Below, piece after piece: positions 8,379-18,600 of a DNA stretch of 64,000 nt (its first letter is position 1; every line of letters starts with the position of its first letter). This DNA comes from an uncultured Enterobacteriaceae bacterium (GTDB lineage Bacteria > Myxococcota_A > UBA796 > GCA-2862545): assembly GCA_964586865.1 (NCBI GenBank), contig CAZPJM010000002.1, positions 463 to 64,462 of the forward strand, given 5' to 3'. The notes beneath the pieces are model-generated. The model was not told the origin of the DNA, did no database searches, and saw only the letters and a program-made list of their open reading frames with translations. Position numbers and translations under genes: made by a program.

Positions 8379-9743
8379 ATGCCCGTCGACACCTTCGAGA
8401 CCCCGCTCCCCGTGGACGCCGAGACGGCCTGGGACTGGCACGCCCGCCCCGGCGCCTTCCGACGCCTGGCGCCGCCGTGGGAGCGCATGCGCTTCGAGCA
8501 CGGCGATGAGGGGCTGCAGGTCGGGGCCCGGACCGTGTTCTCCGTGAAGAAGGGTCCGGCCTGGATCCGCTGGGAGGCCGTCCACACCGCCTGCGAGCCC
8601 AAGCTCCGCTTCGTGGACGAGCAGCGCCAGGGCCCCTTCGCCGCCTGGCGGCACGAGCACCGCTTCGAGCCCGGAGAGGTGGAGGACCGCCTCGTGGACA
8701 CGGTGACCTGGAAGGCCCCCGGTGGCCCCCTCGGCGGGCTGGCCCACCCGGCCCTGCGGTCCACCCTCCGGCGCATGTTCACCTTCCGCCGGCGCCGGCT
8801 CCAGCACGACCTGGCCCGCCACGCCGCCTACGCCGATCGTCCCCGCCTCACCGTCGCCATCACCGGGGCCACCGGCCTGGTGGGCACGGCCCTGACCGCC
8901 TTCCTTACCACCGGCGGCCATCGGGTGATCCGGGTGACGCGGCGCCCGCAGGGTCCGGACGACTGCGGGTGGGACCCGGCGGATGGCCGCATCGACCGGG
9001 ACGCCCTCGAAGGGGTGGACGCGGTGGTGCACCTGGCCGGCGCCAGCGTGGCCGAGCGGTGGACGCCCTCCCACAAGGCGGCCATCAAGGACAGCCGGGT
9101 CCGGGGCACCCGCCTCATCGTCGAGACCTGCAAGGCCCTGGACCCGCGCCCCCGGGTGCTGATCTCGGCCTCGGCGGTGGGGGTGTACGGCCAGCCGGGC
9201 GACGCCATCCGCGACGCCGAGAGCCCCCCGGGGGAGGGCTTCCTGGCGCGGGTCGGCCAGGCCTGGGAGGCCGCCGCCCAGCCCGCCGCCGACGCCGGGA
9301 TCCGCCTGGTCATCCCGCGGATCGGCATCGTCACCACCGCCGCCGGGGGCGCCCTGGCCACCATGCTGCCCGCCTTCCGTGCCGGCGGGGGCGGGCCCAT
9401 CGGCTCGGGCGCCCAGTGGGTGAGCTGGATCGCCCTGGACGACCTTGTGGCGGCCCTCCACGCCGCCCTCTTCGAGGAGGCCTGGGAGGGTCCCTTCGAG
9501 GCGGTGGGGCCCGAGCCCATCCGCCAGCGCGAGCAGGCCCGCATCCTGGGCCGGGTGCTGGGGCGGCCGGCGGTGGTCCCCCTGCCCGAGGCTGCGGTCC
9601 GAGCGCTCATGGGGGAGATGGGCGAGGAGATGCTGCTCGGCGGCCAGCGGGTGGTGCCCAAGCGCCTGGTCGGCTGGGGCTTCACCCACACGCACCGGAG
9701 CTTCGAGGACGCCGTGCGGTTCACCCTCGGTGAGCCCGCCTGA
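8379..9743 (+). CDS. SRPBCC (cyclase/START-like) domain fused to a TIGR01777/YfcH-type NAD-dependent epimerase-like protein
   Basis: The ATG at 8379 follows AGGAGA. A Rossmann motif ITGATGLVGTAL and a C-terminal DUF1731-like tail are present. The N-terminal ~150 aa are START-like. Confidence 0.7.
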   Translation: MPVDTFETPLPVDAETAWDWHARPGAFRRLAPPWERMRFEHGDEGLQVGARTVFSVKKGPAWIRWEAVHTACEPKLRFVDEQRQGPFAAWRHEHRFEPGEVEDRLVDTVTWKAPGGPLGGLAHPALRSTLRRMFTFRRRRLQHDLARHAAYADRPRLTVAITGATGLVGTALTAFLTTGGHRVIRVTRRPQGPDDCGWDPADGRIDRDALEGVDAVVHLAGASVAERWTPSHKAAIKDSRVRGTRLIVETCKALDPRPRVLISASAVGVYGQPGDAIRDAESPPGEGFLARVGQAWEAAAQPAADAGIRLVIPRIGIVTTAAGGALATMLPAFRAGGGGPIGSGAQWVSWIALDDLVAALHAALFEEAWEGPFEAVGPEPIRQREQARILGRVLGRPAVVPLPEAAVRALMGEMGEEMLLGGQRVVPKRLVGWGFTHTHRSFEDAVRFTLGEPA

Positions 9744-9804
9744 CCGCCCCCTCGCCGCGCCCGCACAAGCGGGCTACCCCGCCGGGGCCCTCCCCGGAGT
9801 GCTC

Positions 9805-10239
9805 ATGCTCTCTCGCCTCTCCCACACCGTCCGCAGCACCGAGGTCGACTTCCTCGGCCACGTGAACAACGCCAAGTACCAGGAGTACCTGGAGTGGGGC
9901 CGGTTCCAGTGGATGCGGGATGCCGAGCTCACCCGGGCCCGCTTCGCCCACCTGCGCATCGCGCCGGTGGTGGTGCACGTGACCCTGGACTACCGGCGCG
10001 AGGCGCGCCTCGACGATCAGCTCGACATCGAGACCGCCCTGGTCCGCATGGGCGAGCGCAGCCTCCACTTCCGCCAGCGGGTCCTGAAGGAGGACGGCGC
10101 CATCGCGTGTGATGGCAAGGTCGTGCTGGCCATCTTCGACGTGGAGGGTCGCCAGAGTGCCCCCCTGCCCGAGGACCTGCGCGCCGCCTTCCAGGTCCTC
10201 CTGGCGCCCCGCTACGGCGAGGAGGACGCGGCGCCCTGA
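9805..10239 (+). CDS. acyl-CoA thioesterase, 4HBT/YbgC hot-dog family
   Basis: The sequence VRSTEVDFLGHVNNAKYQEYLEWGR is a typical YbgC-family N-terminus. GGAG lies 6 nt upstream of the ATG at 9805. Confidence 0.8.
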   Translation: MLSRLSHTVRSTEVDFLGHVNNAKYQEYLEWGRFQWMRDAELTRARFAHLRIAPVVVHVTLDYRREARLDDQLDIETALVRMGERSLHFRQRVLKEDGAIACDGKVVLAIFDVEGRQSAPLPEDLRAAFQVLLAPRYGEEDAAP

Positions 10240-10300
10240 CGAAAGGGGGTCGCACCGGGACCGGGGTGGCCGCAGGGTGGATGCCGCGCCGATCGGGCGG

Positions 10301-11866
10301 CTACGGCCTCGGGCCCTCGTCGACCGGGCGCCCCACCGCGGCCTCGAGGTCGGCCACCGCCACCTGGTAGCCCTTCCAGGCCTTGATCTCGGTCCGGATC
10401 GCCTTGGCGGTGCTCTGCTCGACCTGCCAGAGCCGCAGCAGGTCGATGTCGCCCACATCGAAGCGGCGCTGCTCGGCCTCCTGGAGCTCCAGGGCCAGCT
10501 CGACCTGCTCGGCGGCGGCCCGCCACGCCACGAGGGCCGCCTCCTCGGCGGCCAGGGCCGCCCGCACGTCGGCCTCGACCTGCTGGGTGGCCCAGACCAG
10601 ATCCGCCTCGGCCTTGTCGCGCTTGGCGGCGGTGGCCCGGGCCTTGCCGCGGTCCTTGCGCAGCAGCAGCGGCACCTTGGCCTTCAGCCCGACTGTGTGG
10701 GTGGGTGGCACCAGGCTGTCCTTGGGCTGGCCCTCCCCGAGCTGGTCCACGGCGTACTCGTAGCTCAGGTGGACATCGGGGAGCTGACTCCACGCCGCCA
10801 GGCGCGCCTCGGCGCCGCGGGCGGCCAGATCGGCCCGGAGGGCCCGGAGCATGGGGTGGTTCTGGCGGGCCAGGGCCAGCGGGTCGTCACGGTAGCCGGC
10901 CAGGCTGGCCGGCGCGTCGACCCGATCGGGCAGGCGGGCGTCGGTCACCCGGACCGTCTCGCCCTCGGCGGTGCGCAGGTAGAGGGCCAGGACCTCGGTG
11001 GCCCCCAGGTAGCTGCCGAAGGCCTCGGCCACGGCGGCCTCGCGCTGGGCCAGGATCTGCCGCGCCCGGACCCGCTCGATGGCTGCCAGATCCCCCAGCT
11101 CGATCCGGGCGTCCACCGCCCGCTGACGCTGCTCCGCGATGTCCTCCAGCGCCCGCTCGAGGGCCAGGGTCCGCCCGGCGGCCACCCAGTCGGCCCACGC
11201 CGTGGTGGCCTTGCGTCGGAGCATCACCAGGATGGCGTCCTGACGGGCCTGGGCCAGATCGACCCCCAGCCGTGCCACCTGCAGGTCGGTGAGGTCCTCG
11301 TTGAAGACGAGGCCGTCGAGCAGGGCGAGGGACGCGCCGACCCGCCACTCGCCGCCACGCAGGGTCTCGGCCTCGCCGTAGTAGTCGGGCTGCCCCACGT
11401 CGTTCGTGTCGATGCCGAGCCGGTAGCCGCCCCACACCCCCACCGGACCGGCCTGGGTGTGGACCACGTTGTCGCTGAAGAGGTAGCCGTAGTAGCCCTC
11501 GTGGCCCTTGGTATCGGTGACGAAGGCGGGCTCGAACGCCCCCCACGCCATGGTGCGCTCCCCCCGTGCCCGATCCACGTCGAGCAGGGCTGCCCGGGCC
11601 TTCGGGTGGCGATCGTCCAGGGTGTCCAGCACGTCGTCGCGGTGGAGGGGCGGGCCGGCGCCGTGGGCACCGAGCATGGCCCGGAGCCGGTCGGCGCTGA
11701 CCCCCCGGGCGGCCGCGCCCAGCTCGGCCACGTCGTCGTCGTCGTCGCTACGCCGGCGGTCGGCCGCGGTGGAGGGCGCGTCCGTGTCGGTCCCGGCGGG
11801 GCGCTCCTGGGCCACCGCCCCCCCCGGCGCGACCAGGGCGAGCATGAGGATCAGACGCCGCATCAC
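10301..11866 (-). CDS. TolC-family outer-membrane channel of the T1SS-like operon
   Basis: 521 aa with signal peptide MMRRLILMLALVAPGGAVAQ and long Ala/Arg/Glu-rich coiled repeats. The start (GTG 11866 or ATG 11863) overlaps the HlyD stop. Confidence 0.8.
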   Translation of the reverse strand: MMRRLILMLALVAPGGAVAQERPAGTDTDAPSTAADRRRSDDDDDVAELGAAARGVSADRLRAMLGAHGAGPPLHRDDVLDTLDDRHPKARAALLDVDRARGERTMAWGAFEPAFVTDTKGHEGYYGYLFSDNVVHTQAGPVGVWGGYRLGIDTNDVGQPDYYGEAETLRGGEWRVGASLALLDGLVFNEDLTDLQVARLGVDLAQARQDAILVMLRRKATTAWADWVAAGRTLALERALEDIAEQRQRAVDARIELGDLAAIERVRARQILAQREAAVAEAFGSYLGATEVLALYLRTAEGETVRVTDARLPDRVDAPASLAGYRDDPLALARQNHPMLRALRADLAARGAEARLAAWSQLPDVHLSYEYAVDQLGEGQPKDSLVPPTHTVGLKAKVPLLLRKDRGKARATAAKRDKAEADLVWATQQVEADVRAALAAEEAALVAWRAAAEQVELALELQEAEQRRFDVGDIDLLRLWQVEQSTAKAIRTEIKAWKGYQVAVADLEAAVGRPVDEGPRP

Positions 11867-13218
11867 TTGTCCTTGGGGACCGGGGCCTTGGGCATCTTGG
11901 GGCCGTCCCAGAACGCATCGCCCTCCTTGGGCGGCTCCACCGTCGGCGGGAAGCCGTTCCAGAGACGCCAGAGCTCCCAGCCGAGGGGGACCTGGGAGAG
12001 GAGGACCCAGCCCTTCACCCGGATCCCCTGGCGCAGGTAGCGGTCCTCGGGCCAGGGCTCGTCGGTCAGCTCGGGCTCCCGCACCACGATGCGGAACTTG
12101 CCCGAGCCGTCGTCGGCGGCGTCGATGAAGGTCACCTCGCCGGGGAAGGTCCCCACCGCCACGCCCGGCCAGCCGGCGAACTGGACGGCGGGCCAGCCCT
12201 CGAACTGGAGCCGGACCATCTGCCCCCGCTCGATGAGCGGGACGTCATTGCCGTCCACCTTGAGCTCGACCACCGTGTCCACGTTGTTGGGGACCAGACG
12301 GGCCAGGGTGTCGCCCTCCTTGATCTGCTCCCCGCCCTCGCCGGCGATGATGGACAGGATGGTGCCGTTGCGGGGGGCAGTCACGCTCTGGGCCCCCTGT
12401 CGGGCCACCTTGTTCTCGATCTCGAGGCGCTTGGCCTGGAGCTCCTGAAGCTTCTGGGTGGCGCCCTGGACCGCCGCGCGGGCCTCGGCCACCTTGCCGC
12501 GCTGCTCCTCGCGCTCCTTGACCAGCGAGGCCCGGGCCGCCGCCAGATCGGCCTTGGCCTGGGCCACCGAGGCCTTGGCCTCGAGGAGCTTGGCCTCGGT
12601 CTCCCGGTGCTTCAGGCGGGTGAGCTCGAGCTTCCGCTCGCTGACGAGCCCCTCCTTGAACAGGGGCTGGATGCGCTCCAGGTTCAGATCGGCGGTCTCG
12701 AAGTCGGCGTCGGCGATGGCCTCCTTCTGATCGGCGGCGTCGACCTTGCGGGCGGCGGCGGTCACCTTGGCCTCGGCCGCCGCCACCGCCGCCTCGCGGG
12801 AGGCCTCGGCCGCCTCGAGCTTGGCGTCGTAGGCGGCGAGGGCGTCGGTGGCCGCCACCAGCCGCTCCTGGACCGTGACCAGCTCCTGCTGGAGCCGGTC
12901 CTGGTACGAGGGATCGTTGTCGACCAGGGTGACCAGCAGATCGCCCTGCTCGACCTGATCGCCCTCGGCCACGTGCCACTGCTTGACCCGGCCCTTGACG
13001 GTGGCCTCGATGAGCTGGATCCGGCTGCCGGGGTCGTAGGCGATCACCTGACCCTGGCCCAGGCTGGTCTGCTGCCAGGGCACCACCACCAGGAGCAGCA
13101 GCAGGATCACGGTGGCCAGCAGGAGCGCCAGCGCCACCCGCCGGGCGACGCCCGGCGCCCGGACCCGGCGCAGGGCCGATGCGCCATGGAGCGGCTCGAC
13201 GTCGAGGGGGCGGATCAT
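11863..13218 (-). CDS. HlyD-family membrane fusion protein (type I secretion adaptor)
   Basis: The ATG at 13218 overlaps the ABC stop (ATGA). It has one N-terminal TM segment (VALALLLATVILLLLLVVV), a long coiled coil, and barrel-sandwich motifs (GDQVEQGDLLVTL). Confidence 0.85.
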   Translation of the reverse strand: MIRPLDVEPLHGASALRRVRAPGVARRVALALLLATVILLLLLVVVPWQQTSLGQGQVIAYDPGSRIQLIEATVKGRVKQWHVAEGDQVEQGDLLVTLVDNDPSYQDRLQQELVTVQERLVAATDALAAYDAKLEAAEASREAAVAAAEAKVTAAARKVDAADQKEAIADADFETADLNLERIQPLFKEGLVSERKLELTRLKHRETEAKLLEAKASVAQAKADLAAARASLVKEREEQRGKVAEARAAVQGATQKLQELQAKRLEIENKVARQGAQSVTAPRNGTILSIIAGEGGEQIKEGDTLARLVPNNVDTVVELKVDGNDVPLIERGQMVRLQFEGWPAVQFAGWPGVAVGTFPGEVTFIDAADDGSGKFRIVVREPELTDEPWPEDRYLRQGIRVKGWVLLSQVPLGWELWRLWNGFPPTVEPPKEGDAFWDGPKMPKAPVPKDK

Positions 13219-15386
13219 CGGATCTCCAGGGCCTGGGCGCGACGCGCCGCGGGCACGAGCACGCCGTCCACGAGGCGCATGCGACGGGGAAAGGCGTCCA
13301 GGACCACCGGGTCCTGGGTGAGCACCACCAGGGTCCACGGGGCGTCCTCGGCCAGCAGGACCTGGAGGATGGCGCCCCGGGTGTGGGGGGAGAGCGCGTC
13401 GAGGGTCTGGTCGATGATGAGCAAGCGGGGACGCCCCAGGATGGCACGGGCGATCATCATCCGCAGGACCTGGGTCCGGGAGAGGGGCGCACCGCCGACG
13501 CCGAGCAGGGTCTCGACGCCGCTGGCGAGCTCGTCGAGGGTGTCCTGCAGGGACACGGCGCGGAGGGCCTCGAGGATCTCGGTCCGGTCGTGGCCGGCCC
13601 GACCGAGGCGGACGTTCTCGGCGATGGAGCCGGTCACCACCTCGGCGCCCCGGACCAGCGCCGCCTGCCGGCGGACGGTCTCGGGGCGGAGCTCCCGGAT
13701 GTCGACCCCGTCGTAGGCCACCCGCCCGCCGCCGGGGACGCGCAGGCCGTGGATCATGTCGGCCAGGATGCTCTTCCCCGAGCCGTCCTCGCCGATGATG
13801 GCCACCTTGTCGCCCGGCTGGAGCTCCAGGTGGACGTCGGTGAGGATCCGGCCCCCGTCCGGGAAGGCGAAGGCCGCGCCGTCGAGGGTCAGGGCCATGG
13901 GCCGGCCCCGCGGCGCCAGGTTGGAGCCGCCCTGCGCCTCGAGGGGCAGATCGATGAGGTGGCCCAGCTTGTCCAGGCCGGCGAGGAGGTCGTAGAAGGT
14001 GTCGAGCTTCTCGGCGAACTTGACGTAGGCGGCCAGGACGGCCGCGACCACGAGCTCGGCGGCGACGAGCTGACCGAGGGAGAGCTGGCGCTCGATGACG
14101 AGGAAGCCGCCCAGGCCCAGCAGGGTCGAGGCCGCGACCACCTGCAGCGCCAGGGTGCCCACGTACTGACGGAAGAAGACCGTGAAGTGGTCCTCGCGGG
14201 CGTCCAGGTAGCCGTGGGCGAGGTCGTCGGTGCGCTGGCGGGCCAGCTCCGAGCCACCGTCGAGCTTGAACAGGCGCGGGTGGGCGGCCACCTCCTCGAG
14301 CCAGCCGGCGACCTTGTACTTGTACTTGGACTCGACCACCGCCGTGGACGGGCCCTTGCGCCCCAGGCCCACCATCACGGCCACGATGCCCAGCACTAGG
14401 AAGACGTCGAAGCCCAGCAGGGCCGGGTGGTAGACGGCCAGCAGCGCCAGGCCCACGATGGCCTGGATGGCGGCGGAGAGGCCGTCGACCAGGAGCGAGC
14501 TCGCCGCCTTCTGCACGGTCAGGATGTCGAAGAAGCGGTTGACCAGCTCGGGGCCGTGGGCCTTGTCGAAGGCCGAGACCTTGACCCGGGGCAGGCGCCA
14601 GGAGAGGTCGGCGGCCATGCGCACGAACACCCGCCGGGAGAGGATCTCGACCACGTAGCGCTTGAGGGCGCGGAGCACGGCGGCGAAGGTGAGCGCCGCC
14701 ATGAGGATGGCCGTCAGGATGATGATGGGCAGGTAGAGCGAGCCGAAGGCCACCGTGTTGACGAGGACCTGGACCACGATGGGGGTGGCCAGCCCCAGGA
14801 TGCCGATGCCCACCGCGTAGACCAGCACGACCCCCAGGTCGCCGCGCTCGGCCCGCAGGAGGGAGACCAGCCGACCCATGGGACGCAGGCCCGAGCCCGG
14901 CTTGCCCACCAGATCGGTGGCCGGCGCGGTGGGCTCGGCCAGCAGCCAGGAGCGGGTGTCGTCGGGGTCGCCCTCGCCCACGCGCCGGACGAAGGCCCGC
15001 CAGTTCAGGTCCATCGCCACGTCATCGGTGGCGGGCTCCCAGATGCGGACCTTGCGGGCGCCCTTCCCGCCCACGACCAGCCAGGTGGCCGAGCCATCGG
15101 GGCCGAGCAGGGCCGTGACCATGGGCATGTCGTGGCGGGCCCGCCGCCAGGCGTCCCGGGCCGAGCCGGACCACGGGTGCAGGCGGAGCCCCACCGCCTG
15201 GGCGGTCTCGTGCAGCGGCATCGCCCACTGGGGCACTCCGGGCTCGGAGGCGCAGGCCTGCTCGAAGGCGGTGCGGGCGGTCTGCGGGTCCCAGTCCACA
15301 TCGGTCTCGGTGGCGAGGCGCCGGACGACCGCGAGGACGTCATCCTCGTTGGAGGCGTCGAGGGGGATGGGGGCGATGGGGCTCAT
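13215..15386 (-). CDS. T1SS-type ABC exporter with an N-terminal C39-like (Cys-less) domain, TMD, and an NBD with degenerate catalytic motifs
   Basis: 723 aa. Walker A GEDGSGKS is intact (13770-13793). The signature is LSRTQ (13470-13484), Walker B is LLIIDQ (13407-13424), and the H-loop reads LTQD (Q at 13314-13316). Confidence 0.8.
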   Translation of the reverse strand: MSPIAPIPLDASNEDDVLAVVRRLATETDVDWDPQTARTAFEQACASEPGVPQWAMPLHETAQAVGLRLHPWSGSARDAWRRARHDMPMVTALLGPDGSATWLVVGGKGARKVRIWEPATDDVAMDLNWRAFVRRVGEGDPDDTRSWLLAEPTAPATDLVGKPGSGLRPMGRLVSLLRAERGDLGVVLVYAVGIGILGLATPIVVQVLVNTVAFGSLYLPIIILTAILMAALTFAAVLRALKRYVVEILSRRVFVRMAADLSWRLPRVKVSAFDKAHGPELVNRFFDILTVQKAASSLLVDGLSAAIQAIVGLALLAVYHPALLGFDVFLVLGIVAVMVGLGRKGPSTAVVESKYKYKVAGWLEEVAAHPRLFKLDGGSELARQRTDDLAHGYLDAREDHFTVFFRQYVGTLALQVVAASTLLGLGGFLVIERQLSLGQLVAAELVVAAVLAAYVKFAEKLDTFYDLLAGLDKLGHLIDLPLEAQGGSNLAPRGRPMALTLDGAAFAFPDGGRILTDVHLELQPGDKVAIIGEDGSGKSILADMIHGLRVPGGGRVAYDGVDIRELRPETVRRQAALVRGAEVVTGSIAENVRLGRAGHDRTEILEALRAVSLQDTLDELASGVETLLGVGGAPLSRTQVLRMMIARAILGRPRLLIIDQTLDALSPHTRGAILQVLLAEDAPWTLVVLTQDPVVLDAFPRRMRLVDGVLVPAARRAQALEIR

Positions 15387-15635
15387 CGGGGAGGGGCTCC
15401 TGGACCCCGGCCTCGGGACCCGAACAGGGCGAGGGACCGGGACGTCTCCGGCGGCGGGAGGGTGCGTCGTCGGTGGCGTCGGGGTCCCGCGTGCGCGCCA
15501 CGGGTCCTACCGCCGCCAATGTAGTCCCGGCAAGCAGGACGTCACACCGCGGCGGGTCGGAACGTAAATCGGACCACACGGGTACGGATTGGGGAAGAAC
15601 CGTGACCGGACCCGTGCAGGACGGGCCCGCCGGCC

Positions 15636-18600
15636 TCACTTGGCCGGCTGGGGTCGGGCATCCCCGAGCCCGCCCGGAGCCGTGTCCTCGTCGCCGTCCT
15701 CGGCGGGCGCCGGCGCATCCTCGGCGTCCTCGGCGTCCTCCTGGCCCAGGAGCTTCTTGCCGAGCTGCTTGCCCGCCCAGACCAGATCCTCCAGGATCAT
15801 GTAGCCAGCGGGCACCACCAGCAGGATGACGAAGGTGGCGAACAGGATCCCGAAGCCCAGGCTGATGGCCATGGGCACGATGAAGCGGGCCTGGACGCTC
15901 TGCTCGAAGATGAGGGGCAGGAGCCCGAAGAAGGTGGTGAAGGAGGTCAGCAGGATGGGCCGCAGGCGCCGGGTGCCCGCCCAGATGATGGCCGTGAGGG
16001 GATCGTCGCCCTCGCGACGCCGGTTGTTGGCCGCGTCCATGAGCACCAGGCTGTCGTTCACCACCACGCCCGACAGCGCCACGATGCCGAAGGCGCTCAC
16101 CATGGAGAGGCTGTAGCCGAGCGCGATGTGGCCCAGCACGGCCCCCACGAAGCCCAGCGGGATGGCCCCCATGATGACGAAGGGCTGGAGGTAGCTGCGG
16201 AAGGGGATGGCGAGCAGGGCGTAGATGACGATGAGCGCCACCAGGTAGTAGAGCGCCAGGGTCTCGAAGGCCTCGCCCAGATCGGCCTGGCTGCCCGCGA
16301 ATCGGATCTCCAGGTCGGGGTAGCGCTCCTGGAACCCGGGGAAGACGTTGTTGGACAGGTCGCGGGTCACCCGCTGGTTGCTGTCCACCCCCTCGGCGAG
16401 CAGGGCGGTGATGTCGATGACCCGCTGGCCATCCTCCCGGGTGATGTCGGTGGGCGAGGTGGTGCGGGTGACGTCGGCCACCTGCCCCAGCGGGGTGAAG
16501 CCGCCGCCCGGGGTCCGGATGCGGAGCTGCTCGAGATCGTACTCGCTGGTGCGCTGATCCCTGGGCAGGCGGACCTTCACCTTGACCTCGTTCCGGCCGC
16601 GCTGCTCGCGCAGGGCCTCGGCGCCGAAGAAGGCGCTCCGGAGCTGCCGGCCCACCTCGTTGCTCGTGAGCCCGAGGGTCGTGGCCATGGGCTCGAGGGT
16701 GTAGGTGAGCTGGGGCTTGCCCGCGCTGTAGCTGTTCTTCACCCCGGTCAGATCCGAGTAGCTCCGGATCTTCTCCTCCATCTCCGAGGAGGCCTTCACC
16801 AGCGTGTCCAGGTCGGGGTGGGTGAGCTGCACGTTCAGGTCGGCCTCGCCGCCCGGCCCCACGTTGGCGTTGAAGGTGAGCGATTCGAGCCCGAGGATGG
16901 TGGGCACGGCCCGCTCCCAGGCATTGGCCACCTGGGTCGCGGTGACGTCGCGCTTCTCGCTGCCCACCAGCTCCATCTCGATGGTGACCAGGTGGCTGCC
17001 GCTCGAGGCCTGCCCGCCCACCGGGCCGCCGGCGGAGGGCCCCTCGCCCACCTTGCTGTAGACGCCCACCAGGACGTCTTCGGCACCGAGCTCGGCCATG
17101 GCCGCGCGGGCTCCCTCCTCGAGCTGGCGTCGCACCCGCTCGCTGGCGTCCAGGGGAGCGCCGTACGGCAGCTGGGCGGCGGCGGTGATCCGGTTGCCCT
17201 CCAGGACGGGGAACGGGGTGGCCGGCACGAAGCCGCTGCCCACCAGGCCCGCCACCAGGAGGAAGACGGCCGCCGAGGCCCCCACCAGCACGTAGCGCCA
17301 CTCCACCAGGGCCCGCAGGACGGGCTCGTAGACGCGCTCGTTGAACCACTTCAGCCCGGCGCCCACCTTGGAGCTGGGCCAGTCGAGCCACTTGAGGTGC
17401 CGATCCGCGAAGCGCTCCACGAAGGTCATGTGACCCAGGTGGCTGGGCAGGATGAGGAAGGACTCCACCAGGCTGAAGATGAGGACGGCCAGCACGATGC
17501 CGGGCAGGATGCGGAAGATCTTGCCGGTCACGCCGGGCACGAAGAACATGGGCGAGAAGGCGGCGATGGTGGTGAGGATGGCGAAGGTGACCGGGATGGC
17601 CATCTCCCGCGCGCCCTTCACCGCCGCTTCCATGGGCTTCAGGCCCTGCTCCAGCTTCTCGTAGATGTTCTCGCCCACCACGATGGCATCGTCGACGACC
17701 AGGCCCAGCACGATGATGAAGGCGAAGAGGCTGATCATGTTGATGGTGATGTCCAGCCCCGGCAGGAGCGCGAAGGCGCCCAGGAAGCTGATGGGGATGC
17801 CGATGGCGGTCCAGAAGGCCAGGCGGACGTTGAGGAAGAGGTAGAGCACCACCAGCACCAGGATGAGGCCCTGGGCGGCGTTGGAGACCAGCAGGTCGAT
17901 GCGCTGCTCCAGGAGCTCGCTGTCGTCGTTGAGGGTGGCCACCTCGATGTTGGGCGGCAGGGTCGCCTCGAGCTCGGCGGCGTACGCCTTCACCGCGTCG
18001 GCCACGGCCTGCGGGGTCTCGTCGCCCACCCGGTAGGCGATGACCTGCACCGCGCGCTTGCCCTCGAAGTAGCTCGCCTGGTCGTTCTCCTCGTAGGAAT
18101 CCTGGATGGTGGCGATGTCACCCAGGCGCAGGGTGGCCCCGTCCTGGGTGCCCCGGACGATGATGTCCTGGAAGGCGTCGCCGGTGCGGCGCCGATCGTC
18201 GACCTTGACCAGCAGCTCGCCCCGCTCGGTGTCGACGCCACCGGCCGGCAGCTCGACGCTGGCGGCCCGGACCGACATGGCGACCTCGTCCAGGGTGAGC
18301 CCGTAGCGCTGCAGGGTCTCGCGGGAGATCTCGATGGAGACCTCGTTGGGCGGGATGCCCTGGAGCTCCACCAGGGTGATGTCGGGGTGGGCGAGCAGCT
18401 CCGTTCGGGCATCCTCGGCCAGGTCCTGCAGCGTGGTGAGCGGCTGGTCGCCGGCGATGACCAGGTTGATCACCTTGCGCTGGTTCTCCAGCAGGCTGAC
18501 CCGGGGCTCCTCGGCGTCGTCCGGGAAGCTCGTGATGCCGTCGACGGCGTTCTTCACGTCGGCGAGCACCTTGTCGGGGCTGGCTCCCAGGAGGAGCTCG

